Origin: Takakia lepidozioides
Taxonomy: Eukaryota > Plantae > Bryophyta
Direction of reading: 5' to 3'
DNA length: 64,000 bases
NCBI GenBank assembly: GCA_030704615.1
Contig: CM060732.1
Span: forward strand, 48,236,001 to 48,300,000
A model generated the notes under the pieces. The model worked only from the letters and a program-made list of their open reading frames with translations, had not been told where the DNA came from and made no database searches. Shown one piece after another: positions 39,721 to 52,125 of the stretch (its first letter is position 1; each line of letters starts with the position of its first letter). Made by a program: the position numbers and the translations under genes.

Positions 39721-41934
39721 AGTGAGACTCAGCGCTTTGCCCTTCCTGTTATCCCACTTTCAGTTTGAGGAGAACTCAACACCCAAAAAACATGAACACG
39801 AGTAGGGGTAGAACTCACCCCATGCGCAGCGGGTTTGTGCCGTTTGCGCATCTTCGGAGAGACTCTGCAGATGGAGGTGCAGTTTCCGCCGAATTGTCCT
39901 CCACGTCGTCGTCGTCGCCCATGCTGTACTCGCTTGTGTCAGAATCCGAGCTCGAAGACCGCCCACCGTACTGCCTTCCTTCTCGCACCGAGGCCATCTT
40001 CAGTGGATTCAGTCAAGCCAAGCGGGGGCTCCTTCGCACCGCGGGGCTGGAATGTGCAGAAGTGGGAGGAGGCGATGTTGCCTCGGCGGTCGAGCGCTTC
40101 TTACTAGACGTGGACATAGACCATGAAAGACCAAGACATGCAAAGGAGGAAAGAAGGACAAGGAGGGGGGAGTGTGATCACACACCCCCCCAAACTTGGG
40201 TGAAGATCCGGCCGTTGTTGTTTTCAAATAGGAACACGTGTCGTGCATCCGACACTATGGCCTTTTCGACTTTGAGACGTTTCAAAATAACCACTTTCAA
40301 TCCTCCAGACAACTAGATGTAGTGATTCACACAACTGACATGGATCCGTTAACTTTATTTCGTTCAAAATTGGGCGAAGGAAACACACTACAACGATGCC
40401 GTGTATGGCTCCGCTTTACATGCATTCTTGGAGAAAATGCGCATGATCAGAGAGAAGTGAACATAGTGCTCTGCCAAATAATTCAGCAAAAACAAACTCA
40501 ACTGTAGTGGTCCATTCGACAGAGAAGGGTCCATTCGACACCCATCGCACCATGCCAGGTTGAGATCCTCACACACACACCTGCACACCGAGAATTTGCG
40601 AACCCACATCAGTTGGGAGAACATGGAAATTACCCCGTGGATCACATGCAAGCATGAATGGGAAATGGAAGGAGAATTGCATGGGAGATTTTGGTGTACC
40701 TGCTCGACGTGCAACTCTGTCTACATACTCCATAAGTCACTGTCCCAAGACCCAAGTGGACAGGGGAGGCCGGTGAGTCTGTACCACAAATGGTAGTAAT
40801 ATAGCAGAGGGTATTGCCGCCCAACTCGCAAAAGCCGCCGGCTGCAGGATGCTAGGCATGCGAACTCCGGCACAGCACGCCTCCTCTGCACCCCACTCCG
40901 TCCCAACCAGTGCAAAACAACCGTGCATGCATTGACTGCCCTCTGGCTTTCTCTCCAGGCATTTGGGGGTCTGTGATCTGCTACACGTAAGTGTCTTTGA
41001 AGACGACGATCAAAGGATCCGGTCACTTGCAGTTGCCGTCTCAAGGGCAGCATTGCAAGAATCACAATTAAGTAAGAAAGATGGTGGAAGAAGCTGCAAA
41101 CTGGAAATGAGTGAAGTGGCAGGGCGATGCTCCATTCTTAACATGCTCCCCTTCCTGCCATGGTGATAGAGCCACACAAATGGACTCCCTTCCCGCCACG
41201 GTGCAATTTCAAGGCAACGGAACGGGATTGTCCGCCGAAACGTGATTTGGAGTGCACGGCCGAATCCGTGATGGAATTCGACCTTCCAATACATGATTCC
41301 TTAATCCGTCTCGCTCTTCCACTGAGGGTGGCATGGGGCAAACTACCCCCTGCTACAAACTTTTGATCGTAATGCGATTTTGAGAGAGGAATCGATGCAA
41401 CGGAAAATTGTGCAGACGATGACTGGCGATGATTGGATTTCACAGAGCATGGCCTGAGACAAGTGGCGCAGGTTCTGGCCTTGTAGTCGGGTTGTTCGCA
41501 CTTCAATGCACACATTTGATACACATTCGACCATATGCCAAAGATCACAACGTCCTGAATCCTGAAAATTGAAATTCCACGTACGTCCTCCAATTCCTCA
41601 CACACACACGAACTATAGAGGCAGGTGGTTTTCGAGGATGTCGTTGTTTGAGCCGATTTTGGTCATTTCTCTCAGTGTCTTGTTGAAAGGATTCCAGTTA
41701 TGATGGGAAGCATCTTGATGGCTTTTAAATGGTTTGTTGTTGAGTGTAACTTTCCATCATGTTCTGGAATCTACGAGTTGGTATAAAATGTCAACTGTCT
41801 TCTCTGCCAAAGGATGTGCGGCTGAACCTTTCAAATTGAGATTGCGGGAGGAGGGAATTGACGGTAGTGAAATAGGAGTGGCAGAGCCAAATTGAGGAGT
41901 CTCTGCAGAGGAGAATCCGGCCCCCTGCAACGGC

Positions 41935-43530
41935 GTGCACAAACTGCATTGCAGAGGCTCCCCAACAAAAATGACTCCCCCTCGCCCATGCGGAGGACTT
42001 CCAATTAATCACCCATGTAGACAGAACACCCGGGATGACAGGTTGTGGGAAAGAGAAGTGGCACGTGCCCGAGCCCTTGGGCTTTCAAGGATGTCATGCC
42101 CATGTGAACGTTGTTTGGGCACTACAAGTAGATCTGAGGACGGTGTGCGCACACATCTTCTTCACCACAAAAGACATGAAGCATTTCGGGTGTGGATTGG
42201 AGATGGACCTGCAGACTCCAAGGACGAGGAGTGGGCACAATTCGACAATGCACACCTCCGGGGGAGCCATACAGACAGGCCAGACCAGGACTATGTCATG
42301 GGCGCAGGACATGAACCAGGCATGGACAGAGGGGTGGAGATTACTCGAATGTTGCAGGAAGCATTCCACATCATGGACGATGCTGAAGAGGGGGACGGCG
42401 CTGCGACAACTGGGAATGGTGATGACGCACGAAATGAAGGCATTCAGGTGGGGGAAGGCGTGGAAGGAGGTGGAGATGGAGATGAGAATTTGACGCACTG
42501 TACGAGGGATGCAATTCCACAAAGCTTGCTGCCACCATGCTGTTGATGAACCTGTGCACAACCCACGGTGTCTCAGACCATTTTGTGGACGAATTGTTCT
42601 CTTTGCTTCGGCTGAACTTGCTTCCACAACCAAATGTAATGCCAAAAACCTGTCACATGGCCAACAAAATGATTGGGAAGCTCGGCCTCAACTACACAAA
42701 GATACATGCATGTCCAAAAGGACATGTACTTTTTAGAAGAGAGTACAAGGACGTTATGGAGTGCCCCAAATGTGGTGCAGCCCGGTACCATGATGTGGGC
42801 AGGTTACAACAGCCAGCCAAGGTGTTGAGGCACTTTCCCCTTATCCCCCGTCTATTACAAATGTACAAATGCAAGACCATTAGTGAGCTCATGACTTGGC
42901 ATTCCAGGAATGCCTCAAACGATGGTTTGGTAAGTCATGTCCCAGATTCCCTTGCATGGAAGCATATAGATGCAACTTGGCCCGATTTCGCCGAGGACCC
43001 ACGCAATGTGTGATTGGCTATATCTACGGATGGAGTAAATCCGTACGGATCAAAGAGCTGCACATGGTCCACATGGCCGGTGCAGTTGGTGGCATACAAC
43101 ATGCCACCATGGTTGACAACAAAGAAATTCTTTGTCATGTTGTCTCTCTTGATTCCAGGCAAGGAGTCCGTGACAAATTCAAACATAGATGTGTATTTGC
43201 AACCATTGATTGAAGAGCTACAGGAACTATGGATTGGAGTTGAAGCTTACGACATTTTGAAACCAGTAGGGCAACGGAGTTTCATCCTCCGTGCCATACT
43301 TATGTGATCAATCCACGATTTCCCCGCATATGGCCTTCTTGCGGGTTGCAGGACCAAGGGCTACAAAGGGTGCCCCATTTGTGGGCCCTATGTGGATTCA
43401 TGGCACTCAAAGCCATTGGGGAAGATAGTATACATGGGGCATCGAAGATACCTTGCAAGAAACCACCCCTACCGACAAGCAGGAAGGCACTTCAATGGAT
43501 GTGTTGAAAGGAGAATGGCACCAAATGTTG
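41935..43530 (+). pseudogene. CACTA Tnp2/TnpD transposase (Transposase_21), 3'-truncated
   Basis: CPCERC...H; IHACPKGHVLFR..CPKCG..RY; LRHFPLIPRL; AWKHID..WPDFAEDPRNV; STDGVNPY; YNMPPW; IDVYLQPLIEEL..LW; HDFPAYG; CPIC. Two stops and one frameshift. Confidence 0.95.
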
Positions 43531-43791
43531 TGAAGATGGCGGGAGCTATGTGCATCAAGATCAGCGCCACAATGCAAGCATGCATGGTACCCTTTGGTGC
43601 TTAGCCCCGAGCAAACAGTTAGTCATGTACTATACATCCCGCCACATTAGCAAAAACAAAAAGTTGTCATGTGCATGGCCCATAATGCCATCTACCCCAC
43701 TATGATGCACAAAGACTGTCGCCGCTACTTCAATCAATCCCAATCCTCATCGATATTATCCGGCATTGACAAGTGAATGTACGTGGGTTGT

Positions 43792-44878
43792 TCATGGGGA
43801 ACATAATATACCTGGATAATCATGCATTGTCCAAAGCAAGATGCCTCTCATCTGAAAAGATTGTCCGGCCATAGGGTTAAGCGATGCGAGGCGTGCCATC
43901 TCATGAGTTTGGCCAATTCGGGGCTTCGGTAGTGTGCCCTCAATCGCGGGATGATCGGAAAGTAATGCATTTTCTAGGATGAAATACCCCACGCCCCCCA
44001 CATGTAATCATCCCATTAGCACACATAATACAATACCCTTATGTCTTTCCCTTTATGCAGCCTCTCCCTCATTTGGGTGTGAATGGTCAAAACCAAACGT
44101 CGTTCCTTCCACTCCTCACTCACTCCTTCCAAAACCACAATCAGATCTTGCATGAGTACTATTCTCTAAACCCTAAACTTTGTGGAATACACTTTACATA
44201 CATTGAGAAGATTAAAGAAAATAATCTCCATGCGAGGGGGAATGGCGCTTATACCTTGCATGGTACTTTTTTCCCTTGGACATCATCCCGATATCGGTCT
44301 TTCTTGCACTTTGGGCACTTGGTGAGATGCGAATCCTCTCCGTAGTATAGGGTTTTATCACATGGACTCTTATAGCCCATCCCCATAGAGTCCAAGACTT
44401 CGCGCGCCTCTTTCCGCGACCGTGGCATCTTGGGTTTCAAGTGTGGAACAAGGATATAGTCTGCAATAGTTCGCATTATGGCAGACATCCCAACATTACT
44501 TATGCCAAATCGAATTTGAAGATTGAGCAAAAGTAAGATTGTTGAAAGTCGACTCACTTTCGCCCCTTCGTACAAGGGAGTTCTCGCCTCCCTCTCCATG
44601 TCATTTGAGGGGGCCATTTCATGATCATCGATTGGCCGGGTTCCCTTTTCATGGGATGCATGAGCGCCCACATGATGCATTAAGAGATCCTCCATGGCTT
44701 GCACATCCTCCTGGTTAATTCCATGCTCATTGTTGTTGTCACTGTCACTATCATTGTCATCGTCATCATCGTCTGATACCGTGGGGGCGGCGTCTCGCCC
44801 ACGGCTCCCGCCTGATGTACTTGGGTTGTTTTCGGATGGGGTGCCAAGAGAAAAGACCGGGAAGGGATGGACAAAGTC
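43792..44878 (-). pseudogene. Second CACTA Tnp2 fragment in opposite orientation
   Basis: ARTPLYEGAKVSRLSTILLLLNL, MPRSR, LYYGEDSHLTKCPKCKKDRY, FQMRGILLWTMHDYPG; internal deletion. Confidence 0.85.
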
Positions 44879-45839
44879 CTGATACAAACAAATGAACATA
44901 GGGACATATATGTCCTTACAACCATACACTTCATTATAAGCGAAATGCAAACAACAACCTTCAATGTGTGTGTGCATCAAATATGTCATTCAGTAATTAC
45001 ATGTATGTGCGCAACGTACACGCATGCAAAGTTTCAAACCCAAACAAAATCATTTGCCCCCCCAATGACGCATTCACCCTATCAACCAATTTTTGTTTAT
45101 TAATGTGAAAGAAAATCCTCTCATGCCATTGCACCCAACGAACGGATGTGGCTCAAGCTTCATTTTTTCCTACATGTGCTTAAATATGTGTGCAACACCT
45201 GTACAAAGATCCAGCGGGAGAAAAAAAAATAAAAAAAATAAAAAAATAAAAAATTGCCTCCCCAACGACGCACTCACCCTTGCACAAATTTTGAATTAAA
45301 TCGAATTTAAATGAATTTAAAATAAATAATTGTATTTAGAAAATATATGATTGCGGTTTTGAGGGGCGTAATTATTTTATTTTTAGCTCTACTTTATTCT
45401 GTGACATCGGGTTTTGCACCACTACATCCATGCAAAAAATGGGACAAAAACAAACTGGAAAAAAAATAAGTGAGTTTCTAGGGTCACTTTTGCAGAACTC
45501 TATGAAGAGTGCATGAAGTTACAAATAACTCAATTTTAGAATGCAAATGAGAGAACAAAATCTGGTGATGGGTCCAAATGACTTTTGTTTACTCCCAAAT
45601 TTTGCACGCACATTGCATATGCTATCATTAAGCATATGGCTTGAAAATGGAATTAAAAAATAATAATCTGCAGGCGAAAGACAAGTTACCGTCTCTACGA
45701 CACGTAGCTGCGTTAAACACTAGAATGACCCATTGAATCAACTTGGTTCAAGCTTATATTTGGTCCACATGTGCATAAGTATGTTTAGATCACATATGCA
45801 AAGTTGCAACCCACATGAGCAACAAAAATAATAATTACA

Positions 45840-46763
45840 TCAATCGATTAATCGGATGTATACAAAGTACATGCAATAGTATGATGCAAATAGTTCGCTG
45901 CCAGCCCTAATAGTCCTACTAGCACATGTCATCACAAACATGTGCATCCCCTCACAGTATACTGACGTACGACCACAAAAACTCTCATGCCCATCGCTTC
46001 GCTCGTCCCATACTACATTGGTTGTCTTAGGATGACCAAAAGAACTATTGACCAGCCCAGCAACATTGCCGAAGATGTCAGGGTCACCATCACAAAATCT
46101 GATCTCAACGGGAGACAACCCTCGTCTACGTACATCCTGTCCGTTGACACACAAAATGTAGGGTAGGATGTATGGGGCTTCGAGGCGTAATGTACGGAAC
46201 TCCGCGGAGGTGTAGTATGGACCGTAGTAGGGAAACAAGTCCACCATGCTGTTTCTCCGAGGAGGAACCACAATATCATTGACCATGAATAAACCCCGAC
46301 CCATAGCAGGGTCTGTAGCGACTCTCACAACATACCGTCTCCCCCAATACTCAAACTCCACATTTTCTCGGATGAGGGTGGGAGGGTCGAGATGATTCCC
46401 CCAACAACGAGGCTGGACGGTCCTCAGTAACATCGTCCTATGCGCTTCCCATCGGGGGCGAGGATCCGGCTCAGGCCGCCCAAGCCGAAGGGGAGGAAAC
46501 CTAGGGCGAAGCCGACCCCTCATAGGGGTTCGGGGGGCACATGCACGTGGAGGTGGAGGTGGAGGTGGAGGTGGAGGTGGTATTGCTGGCAGAGGAGATG
46601 AAAGTGGAGGTGGTTGAGGATGTAATGTCAGAGGTGCAGCTGGGGGTACAACGTCTGGATCAGGCAAAGAAACAGACCCGGGGGGGGGGGGGGGGTGGGC
46701 CTGCTCGTCGCCGGCCATAACGCCTACGACACCTACGATACCCCTCGACCCTACGCATCTCAT
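45840..46763 (-). CDS. SET-domain protein with Pro-rich N-terminus (start and exon limits uncertain)
   Basis: GRGLF..NDI, FPYYG, DG...GNVAGLVNSS...N, ASRTIRAGSELFASY match SET motifs; 307 uninterrupted codons. Confidence 0.8.
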   Translation of the reverse strand: MRCVGSRGIVGVVGVMAGDEQAHPPPPPGSVSLPDPDVVPPAAPLTLHPQPPPLSSPLPAIPPPPPPPPPPPRACAPRTPMRGRLRPRFPPLRLGRPEPDPRPRWEAHRTMLLRTVQPRCWGNHLDPPTLIRENVEFEYWGRRYVVRVATDPAMGRGLFMVNDIVVPPRRNSMVDLFPYYGPYYTSAEFRTLRLEAPYILPYILCVNGQDVRRRGLSPVEIRFCDGDPDIFGNVAGLVNSSFGHPKTTNVVWDERSDGHESFCGRTSVYCEGMHMFVMTCASRTIRAGSELFASYYCMYFVYIRLID

Positions 46764-46978
46764 CTACGTGCTGCTGGGGGAACCAACTGGTCACATCGGA
46801 CACATGCTCTGGCACAAATTTTGCAAGTAGACCGGCGCGAAATGCCTCCTGTGCAATGTGATTGCGAGCTTGGGCATCAAGTCGTGGCTGCAATGTGCGT
46901 AGTGAACGACGCATCAATACTTATGTCGTAATTTTGATTCATGTATGCTTACCAATCATACTATATTATTAGATAAAC

Positions 46979-47428
46979 CTAAATGTACCTTAAATAAATG
47001 TTAATGAGAGGGGTGGGAAAAACACTCACCTTTGCCGCATCCGCAATCTTGTTTTTCTTGTAATGTTTTTCAACAACATGCGGTCGCCGCCTCAGTGGTC
47101 TGGTGCCGCCCGGTGGTATCCATTCCCAACACTTAGTGCACCAACACTCAATCCTGTCGGGGGGGGGGGTCAAAGGTGGACGTGGTTGGACGGGTGGCCC
47201 GCGAGGGGACAACCCGCGGCGCGCCCGACTCGATCCCGGAGTGTCAACACCCTCCGCATCACCTGAATTTTGGCCCCGGTCCCTTCTACGATTGTGCCCG
47301 GCAGCCTGTATTGGATCAGGTGCAATGGGTGCTTCCTCGCCACGAAAAATGGTCGCTCTAGGGCCACAATCGATATGTGGTATCACCTCCCCATCCTCGA
47401 GGGAGACGGGTCGATGTTTCCTCACCAT
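46979..47428 (-). other. Exon with CxCxxC...H motif (transposase-associated Zn-like domain)
   Basis: ECWCTKC...VVEKH followed by an AAG|GTGAGT donor near 47029. Confidence 0.5.
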
Positions 47429-47829
47429 CCCATCCTAATTAACACACACCACCAACACTTTCATTTCTCAAAATCCGTTGGCAAAAAAACCCTATGCCTT
47501 AGCCTCGGGGCTTTCAAAATTGGTAACCAAAGGCAGAGCATCCATATGGTGTTAGAGCCAAGACAATAAATCATTCATCTCGTTCTATCTTCAGGATGCT
47601 CATACTATGGAAAAATTTGTTGAGACCCAGCGCTTTGCGATTATTAGATTGAACCACATTTTGGGTATGTGAATCCTAATTACACCGTTTATCCTTTTAA
47701 TCCCAAGACCCACAACCAAAACCGCCAATCCAAAACCCAATACCATAAAGAAAAGCAAACACCCTAACCCAGTACCGTATGAAAAAATAAATAAAAACTA
47801 AGAAACCCAAAAGGCCCTAAACCCTAAAT

Positions 47830-48063
47830 CCAGAAAGGCCGGCCGTCGCCTCGTGCAACACCCTGGCGTCGCATTGGACGACGAGTTTTTTTTTATTTTT
47901 TACCTGGGGGTCGCACCCCGCGACGGACAGCCGTCGCGGGGGGCGACGTGTTTTTTTTATTTATGGGGCCAGGGGTCGCAAGAAACGACGGCCAGCCGTC
48001 GCAATCTTCATTTTTACATTTCAAAAAACGGCCGGGCGCCACGCCTTTTTTTTTCCCTAAGTG
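47830..48063 (-). repeat. Probable terminus of the nested CACTA (CGACG/CGTCG subterminal inverted repeats)
   Basis: Several CGACGG..CCGTCG pairs ending TTTTTTTTCCCTAAGTG, similar to CACTAGGGAAAAAAA at 51180. Confidence 0.5.
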
Positions 48064-48927
48064 CTTGAAGTATCTCTTTCCCCTCCCGTTTTCGTTTGTT
48101 CTTTGGGAGAGAGGTAGTTCAGAGAGTGGGGTTTAGGGTGGAGGAGAAATGCACTTGCTGCTGAGCCCGAGGTGGTCGCAAGGCCCCAAGGAGTTTGCCC
48201 CAACGCCGCTCCAACGCCCAAGGTAAGCACCGCCTCCTCCCTCACTTTCTGTCTTTCTTTCTTGCCCTAAGCACGGGCTGATGTCTCTCTCCCCTGTGTG
48301 GTAGGAACGCCGCGCAGAGGCGCGACCTAACGAGTTGAAGAGAGAGAGAGCCATGGTGAGCGGGGGAGAGACGCCCTGCAGCGGCGGGGACCCGTGCCGC
48401 TGGCAGCCGCAGCTGCTCACCGCGCCAACTCGCTTCAAGCACCAGCAGCAGCAGAGGTACGTCAGGGAAATTGCACTCTCCCTTTCCTCTCTGCTTCTGT
48501 TTACTATTCAAAGGTAGTCTTCCTGCCCTGAGTTTAAATTTAGGTCTGGTGCCAAAAGTGGGATAGACCCTTGAGCGCGTCCATGATGTCCTCCCCCATG
48601 TCACAGACTGGAAACAGGTTCAGGGAAGTTTTCTTCCTAACTTCATTTTCATCGGGCAATTTTTTGGTAACAGACATGGCTTTGGACACTACACTCTCTA
48701 AGTCAGGTTTATCCTGCAAGGTCAAGACTTGCGGGTCCAGATTCAGATCCTTGAGAATCTCTTTTACTCTCTTCTCCCAGGGCTCACCCTGTTTGACAGG
48801 GCAGTCCTGTTTCCAAGATATAGAGTCGATTAACTTAGGATATCTAGTGTTGGACATATGTTGCAGCTGAACCCACCATCTGACCTTGAATTTAGGGTGT
48901 CGGGAGCTTAAAAGAGAGCAGCACAGA

Positions 48928-50611
48928 AGAGAGGGAAGATACTTTTTGTCATGTCAAGACAAAGACAGGACCCCTAGGGTCGTTGTCATGAATAAGAAGA
49001 ATAATCAGACATATCAGCCACTTAACAGTGGCACCATCCATCAATCATCAAGCTTAGAAAATCCAGAATTATATCCATGCACAATAATGTGTTCAAGTCA
49101 GAATTATTCATAACCCAAAGAGTATTCCACTGATGCTGATTGACCATCATTCATGATCATGACACATTCAGAGGTCTGGGTGGATGGCGGGTACTTGGCC
49201 ATATTTTGGCCTTGATGTGGTGCAGGTCAAATGGTCATACAGATTTACTGTCCGCAAGCTGTAATCCAAGCATACTTACTCAAACCCCATGGGTGTCATG
49301 GAGGGTTTTTTTTTAAAAAGAAAAAAGAACACTTGGATATCACAAATTTAAATACCTTGCCCTGCCAGTATTTGTTTAAACTGGTCTGCAGGACAGCTTG
49401 CCCCCACAGGGGTATGTCTGGTAAGTTTTCCAGACTACCCCTATACCATTATTTCTTGCTACAGCTGAAAATCAAAGTTCATGACACAACAAGGTACAAA
49501 TAAAGGACTGCAGACACATCCTGTGACAGTATATGATACTCTCAGCACACCCTATTCACATCATTCCACGTTTGACCATGTCATTACACCATGTCCAGGG
49601 GGTATTTCCACTTAACCACCCTGGCTGCCTCAAAAACCAGTTACCAATTATATTGCTGCCATATTTCAGTGTCAGCCAAATAGCCACAGGTAGAATCTTC
49701 ACAATACCCTGGCCTAAGCATCTAGCTAACAAAGCCATCCGGGTTGGAATATAACAGGGCCATTTTACCATCATGGGTACCCGAGTAGCTGCAGCAAACA
49801 GTTCCTTGCAACCTCTCATTTTGTTTCCAACTACCATAAGGTAAGCAAAGCAAACTAGGGCCTGGAAAACAGATGTGTGTCTCTCACACAAGCCATCATA
49901 AACCCGGCTGTCACAACAAAGCAGAGGTCTTCCACTGCCTGGGCCGAAATAGCCCACCTTAGAAAGCATTACACTTGTTCTTCATAAATAAAGGAAGGAA
50001 AGAGGTAGGATCAAGAAAACCATAGAGTAGTTTAGTTTTTCAACATTTTAAGTTGAGTCCCTGGCAAACGATTCCTTCCCTTGCTCTGCAATCCCACTTG
50101 GCATCCAGCAGCACCTAGACATCAGTATTTCAAGTGGAAGCCCTCACCTGTGCACGTCCCAAAAACAACCACAACGCATTGTGAGTTAGTGAGGATGCAC
50201 GAGGTGAATAGCAGGCTTCCACACTTGCTATTGAGGTCAAATACACTTCAATCTAAGCGCAAAGAATGCGAAAGAAAGCAGGGAAGCATGACAAGCAGAA
50301 AAAGAACATTTTTTACTGTTTGGGGGAGAGTCGTCATCTCTCCACGAGCCTAACCGTGCAGGGAGGTCTTCGCCAGCACCACACCACTGCTACCTTAACC
50401 AAAGCAAAGTCTTGCCAAGCACAAGAAAAAAGAGCTCGGTCTCAAAAGGTAGGGTTTATAAAGGGAGGGAGAGAGACTTCCTTGTTCTACCAAGACGCCG
50501 CCATTCATCAAAGATCCAGAGGAGGGCTCCTAGGGAAATGTCATAAGCATGCAGGTGGTACCTCCGCCATCACTGCCGCGGTTCCCTTGTGCAGCAAAAA
50601 AACAGACAAAT
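48928..50611 (+). repeat. 1.7-kb direct repeat, copy 1
   Basis: Highly similar to 59825-61513 (paired ORFs 49533/60440, 49556/60463, 50266/61168). Confidence 0.95.
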
Positions 50612-52125
50612 GAGACAGTGATCTTCCCTCATCTCTAAGCCACCGCCATTGCCTTAAAGAGCCCGCCTAAGCGGCACTCATAGGAGCCATAAACACTCAA
50701 GGATTGGCAGCTCAAGGTATCTGCAACACGAGCACCATCGCTCCTCCCAAGCCGCCATCGCGCGCGCTCTCGCAGCGCCAAAAGAAAGACATTAGGGTTA
50801 TGCAGGGTTTTCCCCTGTCTGGCCCGTCATTCATCCTTCTCAGGATGAAAAACATCCGCCAGCCTGTACGCCCGACGGACGTTGTCCGTTTCTCATTCGT
50901 GGAAGATGAAAGACATCGTGCGTTCATCCTGTCTTGAACTCGACGGATGCAGTCCGCTTTTCATCTAGGTTAGATGAAAAACATCGGGGAGTTTTAAAAA
51001 AAAAAACTTTTTTATACCTGTCTTGCCCCGGATTTAGGTCCTGTCAGATGAAATCCTTTTTTCATCCAGGTTGGATTGAAAAAATAAAAACTGACGGGAG
51101 TTTTGCAATCAGTATATTCCGGTTTGATGTTCGGATGAAGCAAAAAAACCTCACACAAGTATTTAGTGAAGAAATGTTTCACTAGGGAAAAAAATGTATT
51201 TTGGATGAAAAACATCCAAAATTCCCTGCAACCCTATTTTTTCAACTTTTTCAAAAATGGAAGTCGGGACAACAATTCCATAAACCCAATTTCCAGAGGG
51301 AGAGAGAGGGAGAGAGAGGGAATCCCACCATCCAACCCCTGGTATGGCAGGCCCTTACGGAGTGAGTGTGGTATGCACTCACCCCGTAAGAGAGTGCATA
51401 CCAGACTCCTTCTCCAAAAGGGTAACCTCTCCCTACTCATTAGCAAATCCTTCGGAAGGTGTACCATAGAGGATTATCAAGCTATCCCTTATTCAATCTG
51501 GGTAATCAGAACAAGCATATGAAATCGAGCATATTGTTGGGGTATGTACTAAGCATAGACCCCAAAAGGAACTAGTTATAGAAGAAATCACATGTGTAAG
51601 AAACCATGGTATTTACTTACTCTAGTTTTTTGTGAACTCCACCATCATAAGCATATCTGCTTTCAAGGAAAAGGACACACCATATTTAGGCTGTCAAAAA
51701 TCACACCCTAGCGCCGACATTTTTGTGTGGTGCTACAAAGAGCGAAGCCACATCCAGGAGAAGCCAAAAAGCATGTGAGCCGAAGACCAACTAAATTCTG
51801 ACATAAGGCATTGGCTACAGGGGATCAGTTAACAAGAACGATGTATAGTGACCGGATCATGTAGAAGGTGTGTACATATGCAATTTTGATGATAAAATCG
51901 GCCACTCTGCCAGGTTGTAAACACCCCTTATTGGAAGCTCAGAGAGTGTGCGGCAACGTACACTGTTTGAGCCCACCTTTCTGCTTGTTTTTTGTTGTGA
52001 AAATCGGCCACCTTGGGCCCACTCTGCCAGGTTGTTAGCACCCCTAATTGGAAGCTCAAACAGTGTGCGTCAACGCACACTGTTTGAGCCCCCTTGTGCC
52101 CAGCAGTGATGTTACTCCTGTGCAG

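Noticed and set aside
40300-41750. SWIM or other zinc-finger gene from Cys-rich ORFs
   Set aside because: CxC and CKH pieces are not in a convincing order and no continuous frame could be assembled.
48130-48460. Two small exon-like segments with GT/AG sites
   Set aside because: Possibly a captured 5' gene fragment, but no product could be recognised.
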